Assembly (NCBI GenBank): GCA_030151105.1
Contig: JASLEN010000081.1
Coordinates: forward strand, 1 to 42,656
Length of the DNA stretch: 42,656 nt
From: Dysgonomonas sp.
GTDB lineage: Bacteria > Bacteroidota > Bacteroidia > Bacteroidales > Dysgonomonadaceae
Direction: 5' to 3'
Shown here: positions 1 through 8,080 of the stretch, piece after piece
Position numbering within the stretch: position 1 is the first letter of the stretch
How the letters are laid out: the number at the start of each line of letters is the position of its first letter
Program-made: the position numbers and the translations under genes
The notes under the pieces: generated by a model
What the model was told of the DNA's origin: nothing
Seen by the model: the letters and a program-made list of their open reading frames with translations, nothing else
Databases searched by the model: none

Positions 1-1
1 T

Positions 2-80
2 ATTCAAGCCACTGCCGCCTGCCAAAAATTACTCGCCACCCATGAAATGGGCGAATTGTTTAAAGTCATCGCTTTTGGTA
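2..80 (+). CDS. C-terminal fragment of a MidA/NDUFAF7-family SAM-dependent methyltransferase (cut by the window edge and by the junction at 80/81)
   Basis: Frame 2 reads IQATAACQKLLATHEMGELFKVIAFG. EMGELFKV is the conserved C-terminal motif of this family. The frame then runs into unrelated hrpA-antisense sequence. Confidence 0.7.
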
Positions 81-3000
81 TGGCTGCTGGCTTTTGGCAG
101 TCTGCGGCACTGCCAGGGCAGCCTGGCTGGCTTCGACAAACCGCGCAGTCAACGCTGCCAGGTCGCGGCCTTCGCCGAGGAACTTACCCTGGGCGTCGAC
201 CACTTCCAGGTTCATCTTCAGGTGGTTTTCCACCTGCTGCGCCGCTTCGCTCCAGGCTTCATCGCTGACCCGTACACCGGTCATGCGCAACAGTTCGCGC
301 CCCAGCGCCTGGGGCAGCGAGCCCTGGGCAAATTCGATACGTTGCAGCGCGGCCTTGACGAAGTCCGGCACCGGCACGAAGTTCTTGCGCAGGGCCTTGG
401 GCAGGTTGCGCACCAGGGCAATGCACTTGGCTTCGATCAGCCCGGGCACCAGCCATTCCAGACGCTCGGCGGGCAAGGCCGGCAACAGCGGCGCCGGCAC
501 GCGCAAGGTCACGCCGTCGCGCGGGTGGTTGGGTTCAAAGTGGTAACTCAAGGCCAGGGCCAGGTCGCCCAGGTGCAAGGTGTCGGGGTAATGGGCGGCG
601 GTGACCTCGCTGGCCTCGCGGGCCAGCACGTCTTCTTCGCGCATGATCAGCAGTTGCGGGTCTTTCTGGCTGGTGATCTTGTACCAACTGTCGAAGGTCG
701 CCGTCTGATGAATCTCCGCCGGCAGGCGCGCGTCGTAGAAGGCGTACAGGGTTTCCTCGTCGGCCAGGATATCGCGGCGCCGGGCCTTGGCTTCCAGCTC
801 GTCCAATTGCTCCAGCAACTGCTGGTTTGCGGCCAGGCACTTGGCCCGGGATTGGATCTCGCCACGCACCAGGCCTTCGCGGATAAACAGCTCGCGGGAC
901 ACCACAGGGTCCACCGGCCCGTAATGCACGGGCCTGCGCCCCACCACAATCAAACCGAACAACGTGATCTGCTCAAAGGCCACGACCTGGCCGCGCTTCT
1001 TCTCCCAATGGGGTTCGAAGTGGTTTTTCTTGATCAGGTGCCCGGCCAATGGCTCGATCCAGTCGGCATCGATCTTGGCCACCATGCGCGCATACAGCTT
1101 GGTGGTTTCCACCAGTTCGGCGGTCATCAACCATTGCGGACGCTTCTTGCCGATCCCCGAGGAGGGATGAATCCAGAAGCGCCGCTGACGGGCCCCCAGG
1201 TAATCGCCGTCTTCGGTTTTCTGGCCGATCTGGCTCAGCAGGCCGGACAGCACCGCCTTGTGCAGTTTCGGGAAGTCCGCCGGTTCCTTGTTGACCGTCA
1301 GCTGCATATCGCGGCAGATCAGGCTCAACTGGCGATGGGAATCGCGCCACTCGCGCAGGCGCAGGTAGTTGAGGAAGTTCTTGCGACACCAGTTGCGCAG
1401 CGGGCTGGCGGTCAGTTCCTGGCGCTGCTCTTCAAAGCCGCGCCACAAATTGACCAGCCCGGCGAAGTCCGAATCGGGATCCGTCCATTGCGCGTGGGCC
1501 TGGTCGGCCGCTTGCTGGCGCTCCGGCGGGCGCTCGCGCGGGTCCTGGATCGACATGGCGCTGGCGACGATCAGCACTTCCTGCAAACTGCCAAGCTTGG
1601 CCGCTTCCAGCAACATGCGACCCATGCGCGGGTCCACCGGCAGGCGCGCCAGTTGCCGGCCCAGGGGTGTCAGTTGGCTATTGCGGTCTACTGCCGAGAG
1701 TTCCTGCAGCAGGTTGAAACCATCGCTGATGGCCTTGCCATCCGGCGGCTCGATAAACGGGAAGTCGGTGATTTCGCCCAGGCGCAGGTGCAGCATCTGC
1801 AGGATCACGGCCGCAAGGTTGGTACGCAGGATCTCCGGGTCGGTAAATTCCGGGCGACCGAGGAAATCCTCTTCGCTGTACAGGCGCACGCAAATGCCCG
1901 GCTCGACCCGGCCGCAACGGCCTTTACGCTGGTTGGCGCTGGCCTGGGAAATCGCCTCGATCGGCAGGCGCTGGACCTTGGCGCGGTAGCTGTAGCGGCT
2001 GATGCGTGCGGTGCCGCTGTCGATCACGTAGCGGATGCCAGGCACGGTCAGCGAGGTTTCCGCAACGTTGGTCGCCAGCACCACGCGCCGCCCCGGATGG
2101 GACTGGAAAATGCGCTGCTGTTCGGCCGGTGACAGGCGCGCGTACAACGGCAGGATTTCGGTGTGCTTGAGCTGGGCCTTGCGCAGCATATCGGCGGCAT
2201 CGCGGATCTCGCGCTCACCGGGCAGGAACACCAGCACATCGCCAGGGCTCTTGCGCTCGCTGCGCTCAAAGGCGGCGATTTCATCGAGGGTGGCGAGGAT
2301 CGCCTGGTCCACGGTCAAGTCGTCTTCGACGCGGTTGCCCTCTTCGTCCTGCTCCAGGGTCAGCGGGCGGTACCAGGTTTCCACCGGGAACGTACGCCCC
2401 GAGACCTCGACAATCGGCGCATCGTCGAAGTGCTTGGAAAAGCGCTCCAGGTCGATGGTGGCCGAGGTGATGATGACTTTGAGGTCGGGACGGCGCGGCA
2501 GCAGGGTCTTCAGGTAGCCGAGCAGGAAATCGATGTTCAGGCTGCGCTCGTGGGCTTCGTCGACGATGATCGTGTCGTAGCGTTCGAGGTAGCGATCGTT
2601 CTGGGTCTCGGCGAGCAGGATGCCGTCGGTCATCAACTTGATCAGGGTGTTGGAATCGCTCTGGTCCTCGAACCGCACCTGATAACCCACCAGCGCCCCC
2701 AGCGGCGTGGCCAACTCGTCCGCGACCCGGCTCGCCACACTGCGCGCGGCGATACGCCGGGGCTGGGTATGACCGATCAAGCCGTACTGGCCGCGACCGA
2801 TTTCCAGGCAGATCTTCGGCAACTGCGTGGTTTTACCCGAGCCGGTCTCGCCCGCGATGATCAGCACCTGGTGCTTTTGCAGCGCGGCCTTGATCTCGTC
2901 GCGCTTGGCGGCGATGGGCAGGCTGTCGTCATAGCGAACCTGCGGCACGCTGGCCGCGCGCGCCGTGACCTGGGCACACGACGCCTGCATGCGCGCCACC

Positions 3001-3134
3001 CACTGCGCCAGCTTCTCCTCATCGGGTTTCTTGCGCAGCTCAAGCAACTGCCGACGCAAGCGGTGGCGGTCGGCGAGCATGGCGTGATCGAGGTTTTTCA
3101 GGAGTTGTTCGATAGCGGGCGCTTGGTCAGTCAT
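66..3134 (-). CDS. hrpA: ATP-dependent DEAH-box RNA helicase HrpA, 3'-truncated (genuine sequence about 81-3134)
   Basis: Motifs GETGSGKT (Walker A), DEAH, TSAT, ATNVAETSLT and QRKGRCGR, plus the HA2/OB region and the start of the HrpA C-terminal domain. The likely start is MTDQAP at 3134. About 1020 aa versus ~1300 aa typical of gammaproteobacterial HrpA; the final YQKR* comes from foreign sequence. GC-rich, Pseudomonas-like codon usage. Confidence 0.95.
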   Translation of the reverse strand: MTDQAPAIEQLLKNLDHAMLADRHRLRRQLLELRKKPDEEKLAQWVARMQASCAQVTARAASVPQVRYDDSLPIAAKRDEIKAALQKHQVLIIAGETGSGKTTQLPKICLEIGRGQYGLIGHTQPRRIAARSVASRVADELATPLGALVGYQVRFEDQSDSNTLIKLMTDGILLAETQNDRYLERYDTIIVDEAHERSLNIDFLLGYLKTLLPRRPDLKVIITSATIDLERFSKHFDDAPIVEVSGRTFPVETWYRPLTLEQDEEGNRVEDDLTVDQAILATLDEIAAFERSERKSPGDVLVFLPGEREIRDAADMLRKAQLKHTEILPLYARLSPAEQQRIFQSHPGRRVVLATNVAETSLTVPGIRYVIDSGTARISRYSYRAKVQRLPIEAISQASANQRKGRCGRVEPGICVRLYSEEDFLGRPEFTDPEILRTNLAAVILQMLHLRLGEITDFPFIEPPDGKAISDGFNLLQELSAVDRNSQLTPLGRQLARLPVDPRMGRMLLEAAKLGSLQEVLIVASAMSIQDPRERPPERQQAADQAHAQWTDPDSDFAGLVNLWRGFEEQRQELTASPLRNWCRKNFLNYLRLREWRDSHRQLSLICRDMQLTVNKEPADFPKLHKAVLSGLLSQIGQKTEDGDYLGARQRRFWIHPSSGIGKKRPQWLMTAELVETTKLYARMVAKIDADWIEPLAGHLIKKNHFEPHWEKKRGQVVAFEQITLFGLIVVGRRPVHYGPVDPVVSRELFIREGLVRGEIQSRAKCLAANQQLLEQLDELEAKARRRDILADEETLYAFYDARLPAEIHQTATFDSWYKITSQKDPQLLIMREEDVLAREASEVTAAHYPDTLHLGDLALALSYHFEPNHPRDGVTLRVPAPLLPALPAERLEWLVPGLIEAKCIALVRNLPKALRKNFVPVPDFVKAALQRIEFAQGSLPQALGRELLRMTGVRVSDEAWSEAAQQVENHLKMNLEVVDAQGKFLGEGRDLAALTARFVEASQAALAVPQTAKSQQPYQKR

Positions 3135-3266
3135 CAGGTACTTTGAAGGTCGTCTATTTATGCACGGCCGGCAATTGTGGCAGAAAAGCGCACACAACGT
3201 TAAAGGCCGCGTAAATCACCTGAAGGGGCTGGCCCGGTCGGCATCGCTGTTGGCTGGCCCACCGCT

Positions 3267-3300
3267 ATCGCAGCCTCGCCGGGGCTCGACAGCTCCCACA
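3267..3300 (-). repeat. Pseudomonas REP-like element (single copy in window)
   Basis: The minus strand reads TGTGGGAGCTGTCGAGCCCCGGCGAGGCTGCGAT: a GTGG foot followed by an imperfect palindrome (AGC..TCG / CGA..GCT). This is the architecture of GT(A/G)G-family REPs in the P. fluorescens group. Confidence 0.7.
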
Positions 3301-3322
3301 GGGTCTGGCGGTGTTGATGCCC

Positions 3323-3538
3323 CTATTCGTTATCCAGGAGGCTATAACCAAACTCTCTACAGAAATCTTCAATAGAGAATGTAATATTCCCCCACAAGTC
3401 TGAGAACTGGCAATTTGCCACATAGACTATTATGTCTCTAATGATTGCTGATTCCTCTCCAAATGTACGGAGAAGCGCATCTTTGTCAAAAGAGAAATTC
3501 TGAGGAATTCTACTAAGTTGATTATTTTTCATACTCAT
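3323..3538 (-). CDS. N-terminal fragment of a Bacteroidetes hypothetical protein, truncated at the junction (~3341)
   Basis: AT-rich ORF MSMKNNQLSRIPQNFSFDKDALLRTFGEE…FSIEDFCREFGYS, with a Bacteroidetes -7 box just upstream. The last codons (LLDNE*) lie at the compositional boundary. Confidence 0.55.
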   Translation of the reverse strand: MSMKNNQLSRIPQNFSFDKDALLRTFGEESAIIRDIIVYVANCQFSDLWGNITFSIEDFCREFGYSLLDNE

Positions 3539-3554
3539 TAGCTTTAGCTTTCTA

Positions 3555-3562
3555 CAAAAGTA
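3555..3562 (-). promoter_or_regulatory. Bacteroidetes sigma-A -7 element (TAnnTTTG)
   Basis: The plus strand CAAAAGTA reads TACTTTTG on the minus strand, 16 nt upstream of the ATG at 3538. Confidence 0.55.
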
Positions 3563-3601
3563 CATATTATTAATGAAATAGCGTACTGCTAATGAAACGA
3601 G

Positions 3602-3866
3602 TATTTATATAAATATTTAAGTACATATTTATATAAAACGAAAGTTTACATTGTTACTGAATGACTTATAGCAACGAATGAAAGAGTAAAATATACGCAA
3701 AGAACAAAACAATAATTTTAATATTGTTTCTCTATCAATATTCGGATTAATCTACTCATCCTTTAAGAGAGGATAGTCCTCCCCAAAGAGAATGAAAAGT
3801 TCCACATCCTCTCTTTGATTATTTATATAAATATGCTTTTAAATAAATACATAATTATATAAATAC
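3602..3866. repeat. Cluster of TATTTATATAAATA palindromic motifs
   Basis: Perfect copies at 3602-3615 and 3820-3833; near copies at 3626-3638 and 3853-3866. Confidence 0.55.
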
Positions 3867-4217
3867 GCCTTAAACTAAGGATTCTGAATAAGACAATTAA
3901 TTGAAACTTATTTGTTCCTCATTATTAAAAATACTTATCTTAGCACTAGAATTATAATTATCAAACAACAAACGGCTGTTATCCTATAGCAGCAACTTAC
4001 ATGCACATGAATAGATATTGGCTAACAGGCTTCTCTTAGAGAGCGCATCGCTGTTGCTTATAGACAATCAGAATTTATCAGATAATCACTCTTGGTATAT
4101 AATCTCCAGATCCGAGACAATACTTTGTATATCCTATATGAAAACTTATAGCTATTATCTAACAGCTTAAATCATTCTTTTCGAAGACAAACGAACCGAC
4201 TTACTTATACTTAGACA

Positions 4218-5339
4218 ATGAAATCATATCTATACATCTTACTGTTATTGCTCATCCCAACAGCAATATTTGCACAGTCGCCTCCACCTCCATTTCCGCC
4301 CAATGTTCCTAGAGTGACTGGAGGAACACTATTGTTTAAAGAAGACTTTGGTGGAAATGATCCATCAGAACCACTCAAACATCCTACTGGAAATATGCGA
4401 GGTGCTGCAGGGAAGCTACTCAAGTACACAACTGGAAATGCCCTACAAATAGGTTACTATAACCTTATGAAGGAAATTAACATTGCCGATTTCTGGACAT
4501 TTGAGGATAGAACTAATCAAGGGAATCGTCTTCCTGGCGAAAAAAAAGGATATATGTTTCTATGCGATCCAGACAATAATATGACTGAGGAAACGATGTA
4601 TAGTATCAATATTGAGGATTTGTGCGAAGGATCAGATCTTGTGCTAAGCGTATGGTTTGGAAATCTTAATGGACGTTTTGGGAAAGCAGGTGTAACCAAA
4701 CACAAAGCCGATCCAAGTGTAAGATTGGAGATAAGAGACGAAACATCAAAAAAAGTATTATCAAAAAGTTCTGACATCGTTCTACATCGTTTCGAAGATG
4801 GATGTTATGTTCACCAACCACCTAAATACGTACCCTGTGGAACATCTGGGCACAACAAGTGGATGCAATATCGCTTAGATTTTACTGTACCTGCTGGAGT
4901 TACAAAACTAGAATTTGCAGTTGTTAATCTAGAAATTAGCAATAGTGGTAACGACTGGGCTATGGATGATATCGAAGTACGACTGCTTAATGAAAATGAT
5001 ATTACAACACAATTGAACGGAACTCCTAATCAAGTACATCAAATTAAGTCAGATGCTGAGATGGTTCTTCTCGAGGGAAACTATATCAATGAAGGTGTTT
5101 TTGGAACTGATATTCATACAACATGGATATATAGTCCAAATAATAACCTAGAGAAACCAGAAGAGTGGACAATTATCTCGAAAAAGAGAGAAACTGTGGC
5201 CATCAACCAAACATATAAACATGATCTGAAATTACTTCATGCCAAGGTTGGTTACTATCGTCTTGTTTTAGGGAATAGCGATGATGCTTATAAAACGAAC
5301 TGTAAGATAGCTTCAGATTTGATACAGATAAAAAAATAA
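4218..5339 (+). CDS. Secreted hypothetical protein with a beta-sandwich/lectin-like domain typical of Bacteroidetes surface proteins
   Basis: Signal peptide (…AIFA|Q), Pro-rich linker, and motifs FKEDFGG, LCEG, W.QY…F and GNDWAMDDI, which I recognise from N-terminal regions of T9SS surface proteins. No obvious C-terminal sorting domain. Confidence 0.6.
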   Translation: MKSYLYILLLLLIPTAIFAQSPPPPFPPNVPRVTGGTLLFKEDFGGNDPSEPLKHPTGNMRGAAGKLLKYTTGNALQIGYYNLMKEINIADFWTFEDRTNQGNRLPGEKKGYMFLCDPDNNMTEETMYSINIEDLCEGSDLVLSVWFGNLNGRFGKAGVTKHKADPSVRLEIRDETSKKVLSKSSDIVLHRFEDGCYVHQPPKYVPCGTSGHNKWMQYRLDFTVPAGVTKLEFAVVNLEISNSGNDWAMDDIEVRLLNENDITTQLNGTPNQVHQIKSDAEMVLLEGNYINEGVFGTDIHTTWIYSPNNNLEKPEEWTIISKKRETVAINQTYKHDLKLLHAKVGYYRLVLGNSDDAYKTNCKIASDLIQIKK

Positions 5340-5342
5340 CAC

Positions 5343-6737
5343 ATGGTAATGAAAACTATATATCGCACCTTAATAGTATTACTCCTTACTTCATCTATTG
5401 CAAATCAGGGAGCAGCCCAAGTTACGATTGGCTCTGTTATTACACCCCAAGAAGGTTCATTACTTGAACTACGAGAGTATGATACGAAACAAGATGGAAC
5501 AACATCTACTAAAGGGTTGCTTTTGCCAAGAGTAGAGTTAACATCATACCGAGACTTGAAGGATATAGGAGTTACTGAAACAGATCTAAGACCGCAGACA
5601 GGAATGCTTGTCTATCACACCTCGACTGAGAATTGCAACTATATTCCGAATGGTGTATATCTTTGGACAGGAGAAGAATGGACATCTGTGCAAGGAAAAT
5701 CAAGTGCAACTATTGGCACTACTAAAAAAGGAGTAGAGGAACCAAATAGCTATATCATAAACGGAGCGGGAGTAGTGAGAATTCCCATCTCCAAAGCGTA
5801 CAAAATGTGGAACCAGATAGACTTCCGAGACGATTACGATGAAGACCTTATCAGTAGCATCCCATTTACAAATCTTACAGCCAAAGTTATTTGGATGGAC
5901 AACAAGGGAGTTATCTGCAAGTTAAATTTTCCACCTCAAAATGAGGTCAACGAAGATTCTATCCTTGAAGTCCAAATTGGAAACACCTACGGCAACGCTG
6001 TCGTTGGGGTAGAGTGGAATGGACGTATCATGTGGGCGTGGCATATCTGGTCTACTCCTAGTGTAGGCGAACAAACTGCCAATGGACATATCTGGATGGA
6101 TAGAAATCTGGGAGCAATGGCAAACACTGAAAATAGTGCTGAGAGTAGGGGAATGCTATATCAATGGGGGCGGAACACGCCGTTTCCTAACACATTGACT
6201 AATGGTAGTGAGGAGCCACAACTCTTCGATATCAATGGAGATGTTGTAACAATAAGAAATATAGAAAGTGAAGATATCGGAGGTAAGAATCTGGAATCTG
6301 CCATCAATTACCCACTGGCATATATTACTAATTCCACTCCACCTTACTACGATTGGTTCTCTCCATCACGTACCACCAAATGGCTAAAAAGATGGGACAA
6401 AGATGGAACAAAGGCACCAATGGATCCTTGTCCCGAAGGTTGGAGAGTGCCGCCAACAGACAGCAATGGAGCTTCTCCTTGGAAGGGTGTTGTTCTTGGT
6501 CTAGCAAGCGACTTTAAAGAAGGCTGGAACTGGGCTAACTTTGGATACTACCCTCTGACTGGGTCGAGAACAGGAAAGGATGGAAAACTCTCAGGAAAAG
6601 ACTCTGGAGGACACTATTGGACAGCTTCTGCACCATTAGGCTTTCCTCAAGCCATGTACCTATCCAAAGATGCCGTTCTAGATCAGGCGCAAAGCTATAC
6701 AGGAGAAGCTTTTGCTGTTAGATGTATTAGGGAGTAG
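5343..6737 (+). CDS. Secreted protein with a C-terminal Fib_succ_major (FISUMP)-like domain, probably fimbrial tip/adhesin-like
   Basis: Signal peptide followed by QVTIGS…KGLLLPRV…GMLVY…GVYLW. C-terminal motifs PNSYI, GNAVV, WAWHIW, WMDRNLGA, GMLYQWGR, DPCPEGWRVP, YWTAS and AVRCIRE. Confidence 0.7.
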   Translation: MVMKTIYRTLIVLLLTSSIANQGAAQVTIGSVITPQEGSLLELREYDTKQDGTTSTKGLLLPRVELTSYRDLKDIGVTETDLRPQTGMLVYHTSTENCNYIPNGVYLWTGEEWTSVQGKSSATIGTTKKGVEEPNSYIINGAGVVRIPISKAYKMWNQIDFRDDYDEDLISSIPFTNLTAKVIWMDNKGVICKLNFPPQNEVNEDSILEVQIGNTYGNAVVGVEWNGRIMWAWHIWSTPSVGEQTANGHIWMDRNLGAMANTENSAESRGMLYQWGRNTPFPNTLTNGSEEPQLFDINGDVVTIRNIESEDIGGKNLESAINYPLAYITNSTPPYYDWFSPSRTTKWLKRWDKDGTKAPMDPCPEGWRVPPTDSNGASPWKGVVLGLASDFKEGWNWANFGYYPLTGSRTGKDGKLSGKDSGGHYWTASAPLGFPQAMYLSKDAVLDQAQSYTGEAFAVRCIRE

Positions 6738-6798
6738 AGTTTACTCCACAACTCACCTATGATAATAGGAAGATTACTTTCTGAAATAATCTCAAAAT

Positions 6799-6839
6799 AA
6801 AAAGCGAAACAGTCTTGTTTTAAGAGTTTCGCTTTTTTT
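6799..6839. terminator. Bidirectional intrinsic terminator
   Basis: Stem AAAAAGCGAAAC (6799-6810) / GTTTCGCTTTTT (6826-6837) with A and T tails, between convergent genes. Confidence 0.85.
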
Positions 6840-6900
6840 GTGTTAGATATTTGTCTGACTAGTGTTTAACAATTTATCTTTATCTATGAGAACACCGAGA

Positions 6901-7314
6901 TTATGGCATTTTTATATTCTCCAATGGATTCTCTCCATCTTTGAAAAATACTGATCCTGTTCGTCTATATCTTATTTGCCGACCACAAGCCTCCAAGTCA
7001 TATATTGCATTTCCTTTCTGCTCCGATAGTTTTAGTAATATTATGTTTTCAATTGGACAATCTAAATCTACAGAAACATGTTTTTTCATATCTGCCACAG
7101 TTGCATCTGTAGCTTTTAAAGATTTTTGATTCTTAGGATCCCCTTTAGGCTCTACAAACTTTTCTTTTATTATGGCTTCTGTTATATATTCCCATTTACC
7201 ATTACTATGAAGTATAACTCTTTCACCAGATTCTGCTGTTGCATATTTATCTTGTGCTACAGCCATATTAAATAAGCAGATAACTGACAATGTCAGTACA
7301 ATTATTCGTTTCAT
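6901..7314 (-). CDS. Small secreted hypothetical protein
   Basis: 137 aa with a SPI signal peptide (MKRIIVLTLSVICLFNMAVA|Q) and a GERVILHSNGKWEY beta-hairpin motif. Confidence 0.75.
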   Translation of the reverse strand: MKRIIVLTLSVICLFNMAVAQDKYATAESGERVILHSNGKWEYITEAIIKEKFVEPKGDPKNQKSLKATDATVADMKKHVSVDLDCPIENIILLKLSEQKGNAIYDLEACGRQIRYRRTGSVFFKDGENPLENIKMP

Positions 7315-7347
7315 AATTTGATTTTTTATTGATATTCGAATTATAAA

Positions 7348-7569
7348 TTATTTGTTATTTCGTGTACATGTGACGGATACATTCTTATTAATATCCCGAT
7401 AACGCTTTTCAAATTTTTCTACCTCTTCTTTAGAGCCGCAGAATTGTGCTGGTGTTGTAGTCATACCATTAAGTGATGCAGAACATTCAGTACAAACGTT
7501 ATCAACATCATCACTGTTACTACAAGAGACAAGAAGGATGATAAATAGTGATGATAGTAATTTTTTCAT
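7348..7569 (-). CDS. Small Cys-rich lipoprotein, hypothetical
   Basis: 73 aa, lipobox LLVS|C, acidic SNSDD export-like stretch, and four further Cys (CTEC, FCG, TCT). Confidence 0.75.
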   Translation of the reverse strand: MKKLLSSLFIILLVSCSNSDDVDNVCTECSASLNGMTTTPAQFCGSKEEVEKFEKRYRDINKNVSVTCTRNNK

Positions 7570-7575
7570 AATATT

Positions 7576-8028
7576 CTATTTCTTGATTAATACAGGATCA
7601 GCCTCTTCCATTCCGAGAAGTGTGTAAACAATCTCATCATTTGACTTCTTCTTGAACTTGTATATATTAGTTCTACTGGTGCTGCTCCCAGCACCTCTAG
7701 TAATACTTACATGGTATTCTGTTTCAGTTTTAACAAGTTCGTTCAGAGTGACAGGAACTACACTGTTTTTAGATTCCTCCATCAAATCTCTAGTTTGTTC
7801 TACTCCCAAAGTAATGATAGTAAAGATTAGGTTGCTTTTGGTGAATTCAGCCTTAAAAGAACTGCTTGTTTCTGTTTGTGATTGCCATGTTCCAATGATC
7901 CATGTTGGAGGGCTTAGAAGGGTTTCTTTTGCTCCATTGTCCACATCTATGTTATCTTCATCGCTAGAACAAGAATAGCAGAGCAAACAAAGCAACGCCG
8001 TAGTTAAGTACAATAGTGTTTTATTCAT
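7576..8028 (-). CDS. Lipoprotein, hypothetical (possibly lipocalin-like)
   Basis: Likely start MNKTLLYL at 8028, lipobox CYS|C followed by SSDEDN, and a PPTWIIGTW motif. Confidence 0.8.
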   Translation of the reverse strand: MNKTLLYLTTALLCLLCYSCSSDEDNIDVDNGAKETLLSPPTWIIGTWQSQTETSSSFKAEFTKSNLIFTIITLGVEQTRDLMEESKNSVVPVTLNELVKTETEYHVSITRGAGSSTSRTNIYKFKKKSNDEIVYTLLGMEEADPVLIKK

Positions 8029-8080
8029 AATCGTTTGGTTTTTCCATCTAATCCCTATGATGGTGTTTATTAAATGCAGA

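Noticed and set aside
42..3146. Long plus-strand ORFs (42-2132, 696 aa; 2163-3146, 327 aa) and other short ORFs overlapping hrpA
   Set aside because: These are antisense or alternative-frame shadows of a GC-rich gene, with no recognisable motifs.
5343..6800. Diversity-generating retroelement targeting the FISUMP-like C-terminus
   Set aside because: No reverse transcriptase and no second copy (template repeat) of the 3' region is visible in the window. A remote DGR cannot be excluded.
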